The translations under genes and the position numbers were made by a program. Below, piece after piece: positions 63,143 through 64,000 of a stretch of 64,000 nt of DNA. This DNA is from Callorhinchus milii (lineage: Eukaryota), in the NCBI RefSeq assembly GCF_018977255.1, contig NW_024704743.1, positions 39,806,001-39,870,000 of the forward strand. The letters run 5' to 3'. Position 1 is the first letter of the stretch. Each line of letters opens with the position of its first letter. Below the pieces are notes generated by a model. That model searched no databases, was not told where the DNA came from, and was given only the letters and a program-made list of their open reading frames with translations.

Positions 63143-64000
63143 TTGGTTGAAGTCATCCAATAAAATTGTTAATTGGGTTTAAAATGTGGAGTTTATTTTT
63201 GTATACATTTGCTCAAGGATGGGAACATTGATGGAGGGTGAACATTTTGGAAATTGGATTTCAGACCAAATTGTTTTATTGTAGTCAGGGACACGAAAGC
63301 AGTGGTAGGGGTTAACTTCCATGACCACTCTTTAGAAATGCATGGGAAAATGCAACATTTCACAATAGATTTGATGTGATAATAATAGTTTTACACTACA
63401 ATAATGTATTAAGACAAGACGTCAGTAAAACCTGAAAGTAAGCATAATGTTCTCTCTGAATATTATGCTGCTCAAGAGATTCTTTCAGTAGAGGTGAATA
63501 TACCTTCTATATAATAGGCAACCATTTTCATCCTACTTTGGAGTACTTTGTAGATGATCAAGCAATTGACACATAACTTTGAAGCAGTGATAAAGCAGTT
63601 GTATTCAGTGTAGCGTAAAGGTTTCTGGGAGCCACACAACAAAGAATGCATTCTAGTGGAATACATCAGGCAAATGCCATGCAATGCCTCAAGGTTGTAC
63701 TTGATGTGAAATTTAGGGTTAAATAGTCAATTACAAGTCAACATCTTAAAGCATCTTTGAACTATTAGCATGGGGGAACTATTAAATCAGTGAATCATTG
63801 TAATATTAGTGGGTTTACTAGAGATATCAGTGAAGGGATTATCAAAATTGCATTATTTTATTGGTTACCGCAATAAAATGTCACATTTCATTCATGTTCA
63901 GATCTCTTCTGCATACAGTACTGTAGGTTTATCACAGCTAGTCCCATAATAATGTAGAAAAATGATAATCATCACCAGAACTTCAAGAGATATTTTGGCG

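Noticed and set aside
1..64000. CRISPR array, operon or prokaryotic defence system
   Set aside because: No regularly spaced repeat-spacer array or gene-dense coding; the content is vertebrate repeat-rich non-coding DNA.

Overview
This is AT-rich eukaryotic non-coding DNA, either a gene desert or the inside of a large intron; I found no host exon or RNA gene that I can support. The repeats point to a cartilaginous fish, most likely a holocephalan such as Callorhinchus milii; this is inferred from recalled repeat families, not from a search. The window is dominated by tRNA-Ala-headed Deu-core SINEs (a young short form, an older long form and an older SacSINE1/AmnSINE1-like form), L2-clade and CR1-clade LINE fragments, and several nested insertions. 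The longer and recurring ORFs in the track are LINE ORF2 remnants or chance SINE frames, and I recognised no host protein among the rest. The more unusual items are: (1) a young SINE whose 3' stem-loop carries the same loop as one L2 subfamily, with covarying stems; (2) an unclassified repeat family present as 8 fragments, two of which form a ~90% identical inverted pair; (3) a Penelope-type repeat with a decayed minimal hammerhead core; (4) fossil Harbinger-like and mariner-like transposons with readable transposase remnants; (5) two long hairpins, one shaped like a pre-miRNA; (6) L2 copies lacking the RT domain; and (7) a 55-bp locally templated insertion. I found no convincing novel multi-gene system. 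Boundaries of old elements are approximate.
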